A stretch of 64,000 nucleotides of DNA from Octopus vulgaris. Its lineage: Eukaryota. The translations under genes were made by a program, and so were the position numbers. Positions within the stretch are counted from its first letter, which is position 1; each line of letters begins with the position of its first letter. Positions 39,985 to 52,900 of the stretch are shown here, piece by piece. The DNA is taken from positions 11,036,001 through 11,100,000 of the forward strand of contig CATOCA020000001.1 in NCBI GenBank assembly GCA_951406725.2, written 5' to 3'. The notes under the pieces were generated by a model. That model made no database searches and was not told the origin of the DNA. It saw nothing but the letters and a program-made list of their open reading frames with translations.

Positions 39985-40537
39985 ATCTATCTATTTGTTT
40001 TGCAAGATTTTTGATGTGAAATGGTGTGTTGAAACAGATATTGTTGTGTTTAGGAATGGTCATTTTGCCAGTTTAGCCAATAAAAACACACGCACTATAT
40101 ATTTGGTGTTACTTTGCTTCAGCATTATTTATTTTTTACTTTAATCTTATTTCGGCAAGAGTTCTTTCATCACACTCCTGTGACCTCATCAGTGGTCCTT
40201 TGCTTTCTTCTTTCTTATTTGTGTGTCTCTCCTTACTAACCATCAGCCCTTTTGTATTTTGTATTCCTATTGTACGTGTCCTCATTTGTGCATGCGTATA
40301 CCTCTATGTGTGTCTATGTTTAGTTAGTGTGCGTGGGGGGGGGTTGAAGTGCCTGTAATATTTGTATCTTCTGTTTATATACGTACGTGTAATTTGTTTT
40401 TGCTTTTGGCCGAAATAAGATTAAGATTAATATAAAAAATAAATAAGACTGAAGCAAAGTAACACCAAATATATAGTGCGTGTGTTTTTATTGGCTAAAC
40501 TGGCAAAATGACCATTCCCAAATACAACAATATATCT
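39985..40537 (-). mobile_element. Non-coding Penelope-like element with an inverted arm and a hammerhead at 40154-40198
   Basis: 40035-40156 is the reverse complement of 40409-40537; minus ggacca-CTGATGA-ggtcac aggagt gtgat-GAAA-gaac-TC-ttgcc. Confidence 0.7.
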
Positions 40538-41423
40538 ATCTATCTATCTCTCTCTCTCTATATATATATATATATAGATAGATATATATGTATATATATA
40601 TATATATACACTTGCTCTCTTTGTTATTGGTTACTACTAGTAATCTTTAATTTTAATTACCCACATCACAGTTCTCCAGAATGTAATCAGATGTGGGGAA
40701 ATATCTGAAGATATTTCAATGTCATTCATCCTCCTGAATAAAGCAGGTCGAACAGAAAGTGACATCAGGTCTAACAGGAAGTGATATCTCGTGTCCTAAA
40801 TTAACACACTACATTCACACAAAACCTCATTAACGACATAAAACTTGTCGTCCACACATTATTGCTGTGAAAATATTTGAAACGGTTCAGAAGAACTGAT
40901 ACTCAGGAATACTAATCTATACATCAATCAAAGTTTCCCACCCTTTTGATGTCCCCTCTCTAATGTTGGCCCCTAAACCCTCAGTTGAGATTTTCTTATT
41001 GAGTCTCCTATTTTATAAAGCTCACTCTGATATTCATATAAATGCAGTTGTTTTTAATTATCAGCTTCCGAAGATATTGATAAATCATTAATCACTCTAA
41101 TCACACACAAGATGTCGGTATTTACTGATAGAATCTTGGTGATTTATTGGTATTTAGTCACCATTTATAATTCAGTATTCTTTATTATTTTTATGTTGCA
41201 GAAAGTAACCATCTTGAAGTGTGACAAGTCTTCTAATTGGACAAGAACAATGTTTAGTGGGAGTAGTGAGAGACATAATATGACAGAGAAAAGACACCTG
41301 GAACATCTTTTATCAAAAGTGTGCTTGATTAAGGCAGAACTGGATCTACACAACAATATGAAATACAATATTCCACACCATAAAGCCCATGAGACAAACA
41401 GACAGATCATACAGTATTCTTAC

Positions 41424-41564
41424 CCAAACTATTTTTGCTCGTTATATTCTGTCTACACATAGGCATCGTTTAGGTATCTTTGGGGACAGCATTTCTTACA
41501 CAGCGAAAGATGTTTACATGGAAAGAACGTCTCTGTGGCCACTTCGTCTTCACAAAACACACAT
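41424..41564 (-). CDS. ANK-RING-DD gene exon encoding an IAP/MIB-type C3HC4 RING; frameshifted as assembled
   Basis: ttcctcAG|A TGT GTG TTT TGT...; CVFCEDEVATETFFPCKHLSLCKKCCP then TAG in frame; shifted frames give KRC/PMCRQNITSKNSL; donor TTTGG|GTAAGA. Confidence 0.8.
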
Positions 41565-41766
41565 CTGAGGAACAAAAACATGAACACATCCCATTAATAA
41601 CATTCATTTATAACAAATATTACATTGTGTGCATATTTACAGTAGAGAATATTATGCGACACCACAATTAAACAATTACATATGGGCGAATTTGTGAGTA
41701 TATAAATGCAGACACAGACACACACACAAACACACGCACAAACACACACGCACACATAGACACACA

Positions 41767-41849
<83 letters not shown>

Positions 41850-41993
41850 GGACACAAATATTAATAAATATATGTCATAACATTGATACATCACAAAAAG
41901 TGATTTACGCAAAGTGAACAACATATATTCCAGAAATATAATTCACTTATATACATACACATACACACACACATACATACATACATACATATG

Positions 41994-42233
41994 TTTAGAT
42001 GGGCTGGACACATCGCCCGGCTCACCGATAATCTGTGGACACGCGCAGATGTCGAGTGGTACCCGCGTGAGCGGAAACGACCACCCGGAAGGCCTCCACG
42101 ACGGTGGAGTAACGATTTCAGGAGGACGATTGGGATCACGTGGATGAGGAAGGCGCGATCCAGAGAGGAGTGGACAGCGTGCTGTGACCAGCGGTGTCAA
42201 TTGGACGCCCGACGGACTAGTCGGTCAAGGTGA
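41994..42233 (+). mobile_element. RTE-clade LINE 3' fragment
   Basis: RWAGHIARLTDNLWT...WYPRERKRPPGRPPRRWSNDF. Confidence 0.85.
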
Positions 42234-42293
42234 TATATATGTATGTATGAATATATGTATGAACGTATGTATATATATGTATATATATGTATA

Positions 42294-42353
<60 letters not shown>

Positions 42354-43159
42354 GACATACATACATACATATATACGTACGTACGTACGTACGTACATAC
42401 ATACATGCATACATACATGCATACATATAACACATGATTGTATCTAATCTGTTTAACAAGTCGTCTATACTTAGACATTTGACTTTGAATTTTATGGATG
42501 GACAGATAGGACACAATTCCTACAGCTTCATGTATGGCTGATCCATGCCACAAAACAGGTCATTGTTCTAAAGTAGAGTAATGACTTTAGATTTATATAC
42601 GATATGTGTGTACATAACCAGGGAATTATTTTCAAAAGTGATGAGTTGAATGCAGTAAATGTCATGTTTCCATCTGCCATCACTGCACCACAAACTTCAG
42701 ATTGATCTCAGGTCATTACAAGGTACATTGTTATTCAATGACTGAAAGACTGTGAGAAATATTTCAACTACCTGATTGGTCCCTTCAGTGTCTGATCCAT
42801 GCGTCTTCCTCCACCATGGCTGTGGAATAAATAGCAAGATACATTTCGTTACACAGAGACACTCTAATTTACAGTAGAGAATATTATGCGACGCCACAAT
42901 TAAACAATTACATATGGGCGAATTTGTGAGTATATAAATGCATACACAGACACACAGACACAGACACAGACACACAGACACAGACACAGATACACACACA
43001 CATACACACATATATATATATAAATGGACACAAATATTAATAAGTATATATCATGACATTGATACATCACAAAAGTGATTTACGCAAAATGAACAACATA
43101 TATTCCAGAAATATAATTCACTTATATATATATATATATGTGTGTGTGTGTCCGAGTCA

Positions 43160-43462
<303 letters not shown>

Positions 43463-43464
43463 CG

Positions 43465-43506
<42 letters not shown>

Positions 43507-45007
43507 CACGGGGGGAAATAAATATTCAAGCATGTCAAAATTCTTTCTTTATTTAATTTCTAATGAACATAAATGGGATATACCACTATTATATTTTTGC
43601 ATACACATGCATAAACTAAGAATATGCAAAAGAAACTAATAAATTATAGTAACTAAGGAATTTATATACAATTATAAATATTTAGGGGTGAAAAAAGTAT
43701 TCGTACAGAATATAAATAACTGATAATTTTGATTTGATACTTCGTAGCATAACCATTATTCAGTTCCACTTCAACCAATATCTTCTTGTAGTTCTTCCCC
43801 AATGACTCGCATGTTTCTTTAGGAATTTTTTCCTATTCTTCTTGACAAATTTTCTTCAAATCTGTAATGCATGTTGGGGCTCTTGAATTTCAGTTTTCAA
43901 ATAACGCCACAAATTTTCAATGGGGTTCAAGTCAGGTGACAGGCTTGGCCATTACAATAATTTTATATTGTGATTGACAATCCATATTTGGTAGACTTCA
44001 CCGTGTGCTTAGGGCCGTTACCCTGTTGTAAAACCTACCCTTCACAAAGCTGGAGCTTTTCAACAGAGTCCCATAAATTATTGTTCAAAATATTTTGGTA
44101 CATCTCTGTATTCATTCTACCATCTATCACATGTAAATTGCCAGTACCATTTGCAGAGAAACACCCCCACACCTCCAATCTTTACGGTAGGAATTGTGCT
44201 TTTACTCCAAACATGGGTAAGCGAATTTCGTCCAAACAATTCAATTTTCGTCTCGTCTACCCATAGAACATTTTCCCAGAATGTATCAGATTTATCTTTA
44301 TGTTCATAACAAATTTTAAACGGGCATCTCTATGCCTTTTAGTCAACAGAGGAGTTTTTCTAGGAGAGCGTGACTTCAGTTCATTCCTATGAAAACTCCT
44401 TTCTGGTGATTATTGCGTTTTTTTCCGATTCTTCGCTTCATTTTTCTTAAAGATCTTGGGGAAATCTTGCGTGGTGCTCCGGATCTTATTCTTTTTCAAC
44501 AGTTCCCGATTCCTTATATCTTTGAATAAATGAAGATATGGTAGTAAGCGGAATACAAAGTGTCTCTGATATTTTCCTGTAACTTTTACCTACTTTCTAC
44601 AGTTCAATAATTAAGTTTTTCACTGAATTTGTGAGTTCTTTACTTTTCGCCATTATTGCGATATTACTTTATGTTGTCTCAGTGCTGAATGAAGAAGCTA
44701 GTGTTTTGACACTCAAAAATGAAAACTGATAAGATTATTGGAATAAACAAGAAATTTCTAGTAAAAAAAATATTTTAACAGTATTTTGTGGCATAGAAAA
44801 TCATACATTTATTTCCTACGAATACTTTTTTCACCCCTAAATATTTATAATTGTATATAAATTCATTAGTTACTATAATTTATTAGTTTCTTTTGCATAT
44901 TCTTAGTTTATGCATGTGTATGTGAATATAGTATTGGTATATCCCATTTATGTTCATTAGAAATTAAATAAAGAATTTTGACAGACGAATATTTATTTCC
45001 TCCCCAA

Positions 45008-45008
<1 letters not shown>
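43507..45008 (-). mobile_element. Tc1-family DNA transposon with ~200-bp TIRs and a degraded transposase
   Basis: 43507-43705 inverted against 44817-45008, flanked by TA; minus MAKSKELTNSVK from 44653, WPSLSPDLNPIENLW near 43900-43950, GYATKY end. Confidence 0.92.
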
Positions 45009-45103
<95 letters not shown>

Positions 45104-45108
45104 GTATA

Positions 45109-45165
<57 letters not shown>

Positions 45166-45658
45166 ATCTATGTATGCATGTATAAATACGTATGTATGTA
45201 TGTATGTATCCATGTATGTACACTCATTGTATGTGTTTGTAGGCGATTTTCTCAGGATAGTTCACATGGACATGACTGGGTGGGACAGAGAAGACAGAGG
45301 AACAATCTGTTGGTAGACAGATAAATTCCATCACTTCACTATTTACTTCTACATTTTCTCATTGGTCCCAAATCTTTAAAATAGGGAACTGAGAGAGGTG
45401 GGTGGGGATTTTAGGAGAGGTATAACAGTCAACGCAACCAATCATTTGAATGTAATCAAAATAGTGTCCTTTCTTTTAATTAGCTTAACATCTGCATATT
45501 GTTTATTGTTCTTCTTACTGTTGTTGTCTAACCTTTCATTAAGCTACTAAGACAGTATAATGTATCAGTCGAATTAAAACAATAGAAACATATAAACATG
45601 GTTATATACAAAACAGAAAATGTAATGGTTTATCTTGTCATTGCCAGTGAATACTTAC

Positions 45659-45834
45659 TGCGGTGAGAATAACGTCTTTAACATCTTTTTTAAATTTTCC
45701 TTTTCTATTAGGTCCAATGGTGTTCTGCCAATTTTGTTTTTACAGTAAAAGTTGGCCCCGTGGTGGGCTAGGTAACTGGCAACCACCACGCCAGAGTACC
45801 TTTCTTCGTTTCCCAGTTTCAGCTCTTCGCAGAA
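45659..45834 (-). CDS. ANK-RING-DD gene exon (176 bp, phase 0-2), last ankyrin-like repeat
   Basis: ttgtAG|TTCTGC...CCGCA|GTAAGT; FCEELKLGNEERYSGVVVASYLAHHGANFYCKNKIGRTPLDLIEKENLKKMLKTLFSP. Confidence 0.85.
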
Positions 45835-46504
45835 CTACAAATGATGAAATATAAAATGATAAGTTAAAGATTACACAAACATATACTAAAGATGCCCCAA
45901 ATTACACAACAGTTCAACTACATTTACACATAGTTTGTTTCCCCAGTGATTAAACTATTCACACAGCGTTGATTTCTTACATCATCTCTTAGTTGAGTCC
46001 ACTTTTCATTATCATTTGTTTTTACTTTACGTTCTACATTAAGACAAAAATTATGATCCTTATGTTGAAGAAAACACACATTAGTGGTCAACGTTATTGC
46101 GTAACAATGATATTTAATGAGTAAATATTTACTTGCCAATCACAAATGTCACAAACTATTCAATTAAAACACAATATAAAGTTATTATAACATCAAGTCA
46201 AATATACAAAATATAAGGACAGAAATGTCACAATAATGAAAGACAACAAACCAACAAGAACCTATCTCTACAACTGGCTTGATAAAGCCAAATGGCCATA
46301 GCAAGAGAAATACTTACGGAAGAGTATTGTATATATAAGCATAACAACCCAAATAATGTAAGTTATACCAGAAAAGAGAATACCAACAACATAACAAGGC
46401 CCTCAAGCATAACAACTAAATTAAAAACACACAGACATATCTAAACAGATCAATAATGTTTCCTTAATTAAGTGGATTTGAAAGAAAAGCTGGATATATA
46501 AGGC

Positions 46505-46815
46505 ATCGGATTTTGTGTGCGAGAGAGAAGACTTCGATGGTATTATTATGTAATGCATATGGATGAAGACAGCTGCATCAAGAAGTGCAGATCTTTAATT
46601 GTGGAAGGAAAGTGCGGAAGGGGTGGACCCAGGAAGACGTGTGATTAAGTGGTGAGAAAGGACCATTAGACATTGGGCCGCACAGAGCAGATGACAAAGG
46701 ACTGAGTCATAGAAAGCATACGGAAACAGACATGGAGCCCTGATAGCTCCTCAGCTGGCCAGTTCCTGTCAAAGAGTGCAACGTCTGCCAGCATAGAAAA
46801 ACGTGATGATGATGA
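46505..46815 (+). mobile_element. Degraded RTE/BovB-like LINE 3' end
   Basis: RRLRWY...MDEDSCIKKCRSLIVEGKCGRGGPRKT, then a (GAT)n tail. Confidence 0.7.
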
Positions 46816-47199
46816 ATTAATAAAAAAAATTTGTTTTGATGATGAATGTGACGAAAGAGAAGAACGAACTGGTGTCACGATTGAGTTTGTGCACCAACAC
46901 ATTATAGTTGATAAAATGTTCAAACTGTTTGTCGGATGGAAAATTCCAGTTGGTGGAGAGGTCACTGGTTTCTCACACCAAAGTAGACATTACTACAATA
47001 CACCGATAATCATCAACTGTTTGAAGAAATAGTCCCACATATCTAGTGTCCTTTATTTATGCGGTGGCAGGGAGTTGCTTGAATTCTGCAACGGTTAACA
47101 ATAGTGATGGATAGATGTGAATGCCTTTGCATGATTTGTATATGTATATATATATATTAAGTTTCAGCTCAGAGCTGCGGCCATGGTGATGCACCGCCG

Positions 47200-47256
<57 letters not shown>

Positions 47257-47303
47257 GTGTGTGTGTGTGTGTATATATATTATATATATATATATCATAT
47301 ATT

Positions 47304-47359
<56 letters not shown>

Positions 47360-47363
<4 letters not shown>

Positions 47364-47500
47364 AGAATTCACAAAAAAAGACGAAGACAAGTAGTGTAGA
47401 CAAAAATAGACTTTAACGTTTCGAGCCTACGCTCTTCCACACAAAGCAACACAGAAATAAATAAGGAGAGAAAATAAAGAATGAGAAGTGGCCATGATCT

Positions 47501-47503
<3 letters not shown>
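47360..47503 (-). mobile_element. Family C small repeat with a degenerate hammerhead-like motif at 47411-47446
   Basis: Minus cttt-GTGTGGA-agagc gtag gctc-GAAA-cg-TT-aaag; (TA)n on both sides. Confidence 0.55.
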
Positions 47504-47538
<35 letters not shown>

Positions 47539-48197
47539 TCGATAGTTTTACACACACGCATACATACATACATTTAGCCGTTGCCATCTACATATACATA
47601 TATATATACATATGTGTGTGTGTGTGTGTGTAGTTGTACATACAATGCTTAAATGCAGGGAAAACTCCCTAAGGACCCTAATTCATTGTCATCCATTCTC
47701 TAGTGTTCTGAGATTCAACATTGTTACGGCATTTCCACAGAACGCCAGAGCATATATGATATCTCTCCTTTTGAAGAATTCTTCATAGAATGAACTGGAT
47801 GTATTTATCATGGCACCAGCACCATAAAGGTTATCCTTTATCATGTCACCTGTATCATTATTATTAAGGAATATTTCCTCTCTTCAGGAGGTCACCTCTT
47901 CTCTACACAGTAATGGCTGTGTTTATATGACCAATGTCCAAGATAGGCTACCTTCTTTATGGTAGGGAGGCCATGGCTTTGAGGGTAGCAGGAGATGGAA
48001 TTTTCCTAGTTACAAAATATAACTAAGGCTATCAAGTGGGGGACTGGGTTACTTAAAAGAAAGGTTGATGAGTGTGAATTGAGACATGACAGTCAATGTT
48101 TGTCTGTCTGTCTCTCTCGCTCTCTCACTCTCCTTCTTTCAAAACCACACACACACACACACACACACAGATATTCATAAACAATTTCCAAACTTAC

Positions 48198-48407
48198 CTT
48201 ATCTAATATACTTAAAGGTTCAACCTCGGAATGAAACCTCTTCGTCTTCGCAGCCAGGTGCAGACAATTGTTGCCTTTATTATTGACAACATTTACGTCT
48301 GCACCTTTTGCTATCAACTGGTGCACCATTCCGAGGTGGCCAATAGAGACAGCTAACAGCAATGGTGTCACTTTCTGCTGGTTCTTGATGTCAAGCTGAA
48401 CAGAATC
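48198..48407 (-). CDS. ANK-RING-DD gene exon (210 bp, phase 0-0), ankyrin repeats
   Basis: caaAG|GATTCT...GATAAG|GTAAGT; DSVQLDIKNQQKVTPLLLAVSIGHLGMVHQLIAKGADVNVVNNKGNNCLHLAAK...ILDK. Confidence 0.9.
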
Positions 48408-49269
48408 CTTTGTAGAGTTAAAAATAGAAAATGAAAATCTGCATGAAAATTCGGGTAGATACCAATGTGTTATTACTGTCTTCTACTGGGTACTTGACCA
48501 AACTAATCATACACACTTGATGTCTGTCAGCAAAGAGAACCTTCGTAAAGTACCTCCATAACTTCCTTTGAGTGTATATTAGAGACATAATCTAAGTTGT
48601 CATATTATAGTCAGGAATAAAGATTCATGACTATAGTAAGTTTTAGGAGAACTGAACCAGGGTGAAGACATGATTAACGGATCAAGTGTAGTAAAGAAGA
48701 ATTATTCGCTTAATGTTTACTTTTGATGTTGCTATATTAATAAGGGGTTCATAAAACTGCTGAGGCAGTTAGTGTCCACTCCCGTAAAATTAATGTACAC
48801 CCGCGTACGCACACACACATCATTTCGACCCTCTTGTATTGGTTCTTTTGAGTGTGGGATTCTGTACAACGGGTTCCGTTGCATCCTCTGGTGCAGAATG
48901 CATCACCTCTGATGTCTTGTTCTAAAGAAAATACTTTGCTAATTGTTCTCGGTTTCGTTTCGCAGGTTGTTCTGTGCAATGCTATAATCCAAAAACCTAC
49001 AATATTTAGAGTTAAAATCTAAGGATGATGAACGTGTAAGATGATAGTAAGTTTTTCACAATCCGCATAAGTTTGTAAACTTTGCTATATTGAAGATTGA
49101 TATGCAGTAAAAAAGTTACTTTCTACTTTATGGTTGGCAACTGGAGTTGCTGTATCTGCCACTACAGGTTGACCTAACGAATAGCTAGCAGATTACCACT
49201 CGTTTGTGTAATTACTACTTTCGAGGTGCTGGAAGCTATATATACATACATACATATATATATATATAT

Positions 49270-49570
49270 CACTGTGATCCCCGTGACCGACCAGGCTATC
49301 AGATGTTGCTACACATCGCTGGTCACAATGCGCTTTGCATTGTTTTAGCCTTCAAATGACGCCACCACGCTGGCTAGGTGAGCAGGCCAACAGAAGAAAG
49401 AGTGAGAGAAAGTTGTGGCGAAAGAGTACAGCAGGGATCGCCACCGCCCGCTGCCGGAGCCTCGTGGAGCTTTAGGTGTTTTCGCTCAATAAACACTCAC
49501 AACGCCCGGTCTGGGAATCGACACCGCGATCCTACAACCGCGAGTCCGCTGCCCTAACAACTGGGCCATT
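49270..49570 (-). mobile_element. tRNA-derived SINE (14784 family)
   Basis: Reverse complement of 14784-15086. Confidence 0.8.
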
Positions 49571-50640
49571 TATAATGGCAGCTAAGGCTGGGAACCCTTC
49601 TTGATGCAAACCCCAAAGCAGAGTGTACTGAATGCTCTGGCACCATCCTTGAGGAGGTTCTCATGTCCTAACCAAAACAAGCCTAAGTTTCCTCTCTACC
49701 CTATGGGATCTCCATTCATTCATATTCCATTTTTCGTGACATCAGTCCTAGAGACATTGCCTCCCCCCAGGCTCCTCGTTTGTCTAAATTTGTTCTGGAT
49801 AACCTGATCAACAGTGGGTAGAAGGGATGGTAAATGCGGACGATGGGTCTAGGATGCGAGGCAAGGAAGCAGTAATGCTTCTAGAAAAGTAATGTGTGTA
49901 TGTCAAAATAGGGATGATAGTGGCAGGTGCTTGTTTTGTATGTTAAAGGGAGAGTAACAAGTGGTGGGTTACTAGAAGAATGATGGTCAGCGGGGAAGTG
50001 AGCGACCGGGGAGAGAGGGAGATACAATCACAATCAGAGTAATAGAAAGGGAGAGGAGGAGGTAGTTATGTTAGCATGTAAGGGAAGCATGGGTGACGGA
50101 TGTCAATGGAAGTGTATGTATATACATAAACACGATTGTGTATATATTTATATACACAAACACACATATAAAGGACATTTGTATAGTTATAGTAACCAGT
50201 AGAAAACAGTAAGAGTAGGTTTAATTACAAGAAAACAAATTAATTAGTTATAAACATAGAAACCATTCTTCATATTAGTGACATCAACACATTCCTCACT
50301 TACCAAATCTCAGCAATTCTTCGTTTTATATTTTTCTACGATGGAGAGGAATAATTGCTTGTTTGCTTCGTGTTATTCAACCAGTTATTCTATTGCACAG
50401 CATTCTATATCAGTTATAATAAGGTGTGTTTCATGTACTGGATATAGATATATTGTAATCGACGTAATGCTAGCTATATGCAGTAACTGGTCATTTTTGC
50501 CAGTTGCGTGACAGGGAGAGAAAATAAAAAAGGTTTAGTGGGTAGCGATCTATCATGGCGATCTATCATATATATATATTTATATAGCGGCGTACGTACA
50601 CTTTGTTATCTCCCTCTCTCTATCTATCTATCTCTATCTA

Positions 50641-50677
<37 letters not shown>

Positions 50678-50880
50678 TGACCGCGTGAGTACCGTTGGCG
50701 TTATTTTTTCCCTCTGTCTTCCCTTCTCTGGATCTTTCCTTCTCCTATGTTTCCGACGAAGAGCTCCGCTCGAAACGTTAAACCCTCCTTCTTTCTTCTT
50801 TCCTGAGCGTCCAATAATACTATATTGTTCCACGTCCTTGCGTTGTTGTATTTTATCTTTGTGTTTTCATTTTTGGATTA
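50678..50880 (+). mobile_element. Small repeat (family D, related to C) with a minimal hammerhead at 50749-50783
   Basis: gttt-CCGACGA-agagc tcc gctc-GAAA-cg-TT-aaac, with palindromic aacgtt stem III. Confidence 0.6.
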
Positions 50881-50921
50881 CGCATATATATTACGCATAT
50901 ATTACGCATATATATTTATAT

Positions 50922-51305
50922 ATAATAGAAATATTAAAATAACTAAGTCTCTCTAAAAGAGAACAGCGGCAGCGTTCCCGGAAAATAATAGTTATCGCCA
51001 TACTAATATGGCATTCTTATAAAAATAAGAAAAAAGCTGTCCGCTTATTAGCTCCATGAGGCCATCGCCTTAAGTTAGCTATTTGATACACAAACTGTAT
51101 CCATATAACCTTCGAACAAGGGAGGGCAGTCGCTCCACACTACTTGACCGGCAGCTACAGACGCGTTTCGGGGTATTGCCCCTTTTCAATGCAGCGTAGC
51201 CAGCCAGTAGGTGTCGCTGTTCTCTTTTAGAGAGACTTAGTTATTTTAATATTTCTATTATTGAAAACAAGTGGATGTATTCCACCGAAACTAGGTAAAT
51301 AAAAG
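50922..51305 (-). mobile_element. Family B non-coding Penelope-like/retrozyme element with an inverted arm; hammerhead at 51148-51203
   Basis: Minus gctgca-TTGAAAA-gggg caata cccc-GAAA-cgcg-TC-tgtagc; 50923-50968 inverted against 51215-51261; homologous to 54657-55000. Confidence 0.75.
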
Positions 51306-51881
51306 TGACAATTAAAAGGTAAAGATGGAAGTAAATTATAAAGATAATAATATAATATAATGTATATAACAGGCAATACACATATATACATACACAGATA
51401 TATATATATATATATATACACATACAGACATATACTAAATGTTCTACTATATTAGATTGTAAATCGAAAGATGCGTCCTTCAATGTCACTATATATATAT
51501 ATACATGCTTACACATGAAATATTAGAGAAAAACCCACCTTCTATCGAATCAAAATGAACAATCAAATTACACCATCTTGAAAATTGCATATCATAGGAA
51601 GGTTAAAATTAGAATGACAATTGGCAAGTAAAGATCAAGTAAATTGCAAAAACAATATAATGTATATAACAGGTAACATGCACACACACACACACACACC
51701 TATATATATAAATATATATACACACACATATATTAAATGTTCTACTATATCATATTGTAAATCGAAAAATTTGTCCTTCAATGTATGTTGAGTAAGTTTC
51801 AGCCATTTAATTTGGGGGAGAACTTAGCTATGAAATGTTTTTTCCGTATTCCTCCTGAAGGAGGTGTCATTCTTCGGAATA

Positions 51882-51882
<1 letters not shown>
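51305..51882 (-). mobile_element. Probable Penelope-like element 3' end (GIY-YIG C-terminus remnant) followed by two diverged tandem repeats
   Basis: Minus [27 protein letters not shown] (one frameshift) at 51799-51883; 51305-51486 duplicated at 51615-51784. Confidence 0.45.
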
Positions 51883-51979
<97 letters not shown>

Positions 51980-52035
51980 ATTGATTGATAAATAGATAGA
52001 TAGATAGACAGAGAGAGAGAGATAGAGAGAGAGAC

Positions 52036-52077
<42 letters not shown>

Positions 52078-52081
52078 GGAC

Positions 52082-52148
<67 letters not shown>

Positions 52149-52169
52149 AAGAAATAGATAGACACACAC

Positions 52170-52537
52170 ATCCATATATACATGGTTGTAGTGTAAGAAG
52201 CTTTTTTCCCAGCCATACACTGTTCCACGTTGAATCCCTCTGCATGGAAACTCAGGCAAGTATATTCTACCCTTACCTAGGGCTGAACAAAATCTTGTTA
52301 GTGGATTTGGTAAATGAAAACTGAAAGAAGCTTCATAACAGGTGTGTGTCTATGTGTGTGCCTATGTATGTGTGTGTGAGTGTTTGTGTGTGTGTGTGTG
52401 TGTGTAGTGGTTCAACAAAGAGGCTGAAAGGGTAAGTGATATGCTTAAAATAAAAAAGTACTGGGATCGATACAGTTGACTAAAAGTTCAAGGTGATGCC
52501 CCGACATGTCCGCAGTCAAATGCCTAAAACATTTAAA

Positions 52538-52540
<3 letters not shown>
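52170..52540 (+). mobile_element. Diverged tRNA-derived SINE (15190 family)
   Basis: gtggatttggtaaatgaaaactgaaagaagc...ccgcagtcaaatg. Confidence 0.6.
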
Positions 52541-52591
<51 letters not shown>

Positions 52592-52863
52592 GATATCTGT
52601 TATATTTTGGTTCATCTCATAATGACCTTGTTTCCTTTGACCATTAAAGATATCATTATCAGTGGTGGTGGTCAGTTGGACTGTCAACACCACTAATATC
52701 AACATCAACATGATCAATATACAATTCCTCCACAAACACAGGGCTTTTGTAGTACATGTGATTAAATCCATCCCCATTATTTTACTGGTACATTGGTAAT
52801 ATTTATATTATACAGATCAATAAAATGCTGGAGAGTGTATATAATATATATTTATTAACTAAC

Positions 52864-52900
52864 CTTGTTCAGCATCACAGACACCACTTTATATTTTCGC
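52864..52900 (-). CDS. ANK-RING-DD gene micro-exon (37 bp, phase 2-0)
   Basis: ttactttcAG|GCGAAAA...AACAAG|GTTAGT; (G)RKYKVVSVMLNK completes the second ankyrin helix and restores phase between its neighbours. Confidence 0.8.

Noticed and set aside
46666-47090. Possible extra exon of the ANK-RING-DD gene
   Set aside because: No recognisable motif, and exons 48198 and 45834 already join in phase
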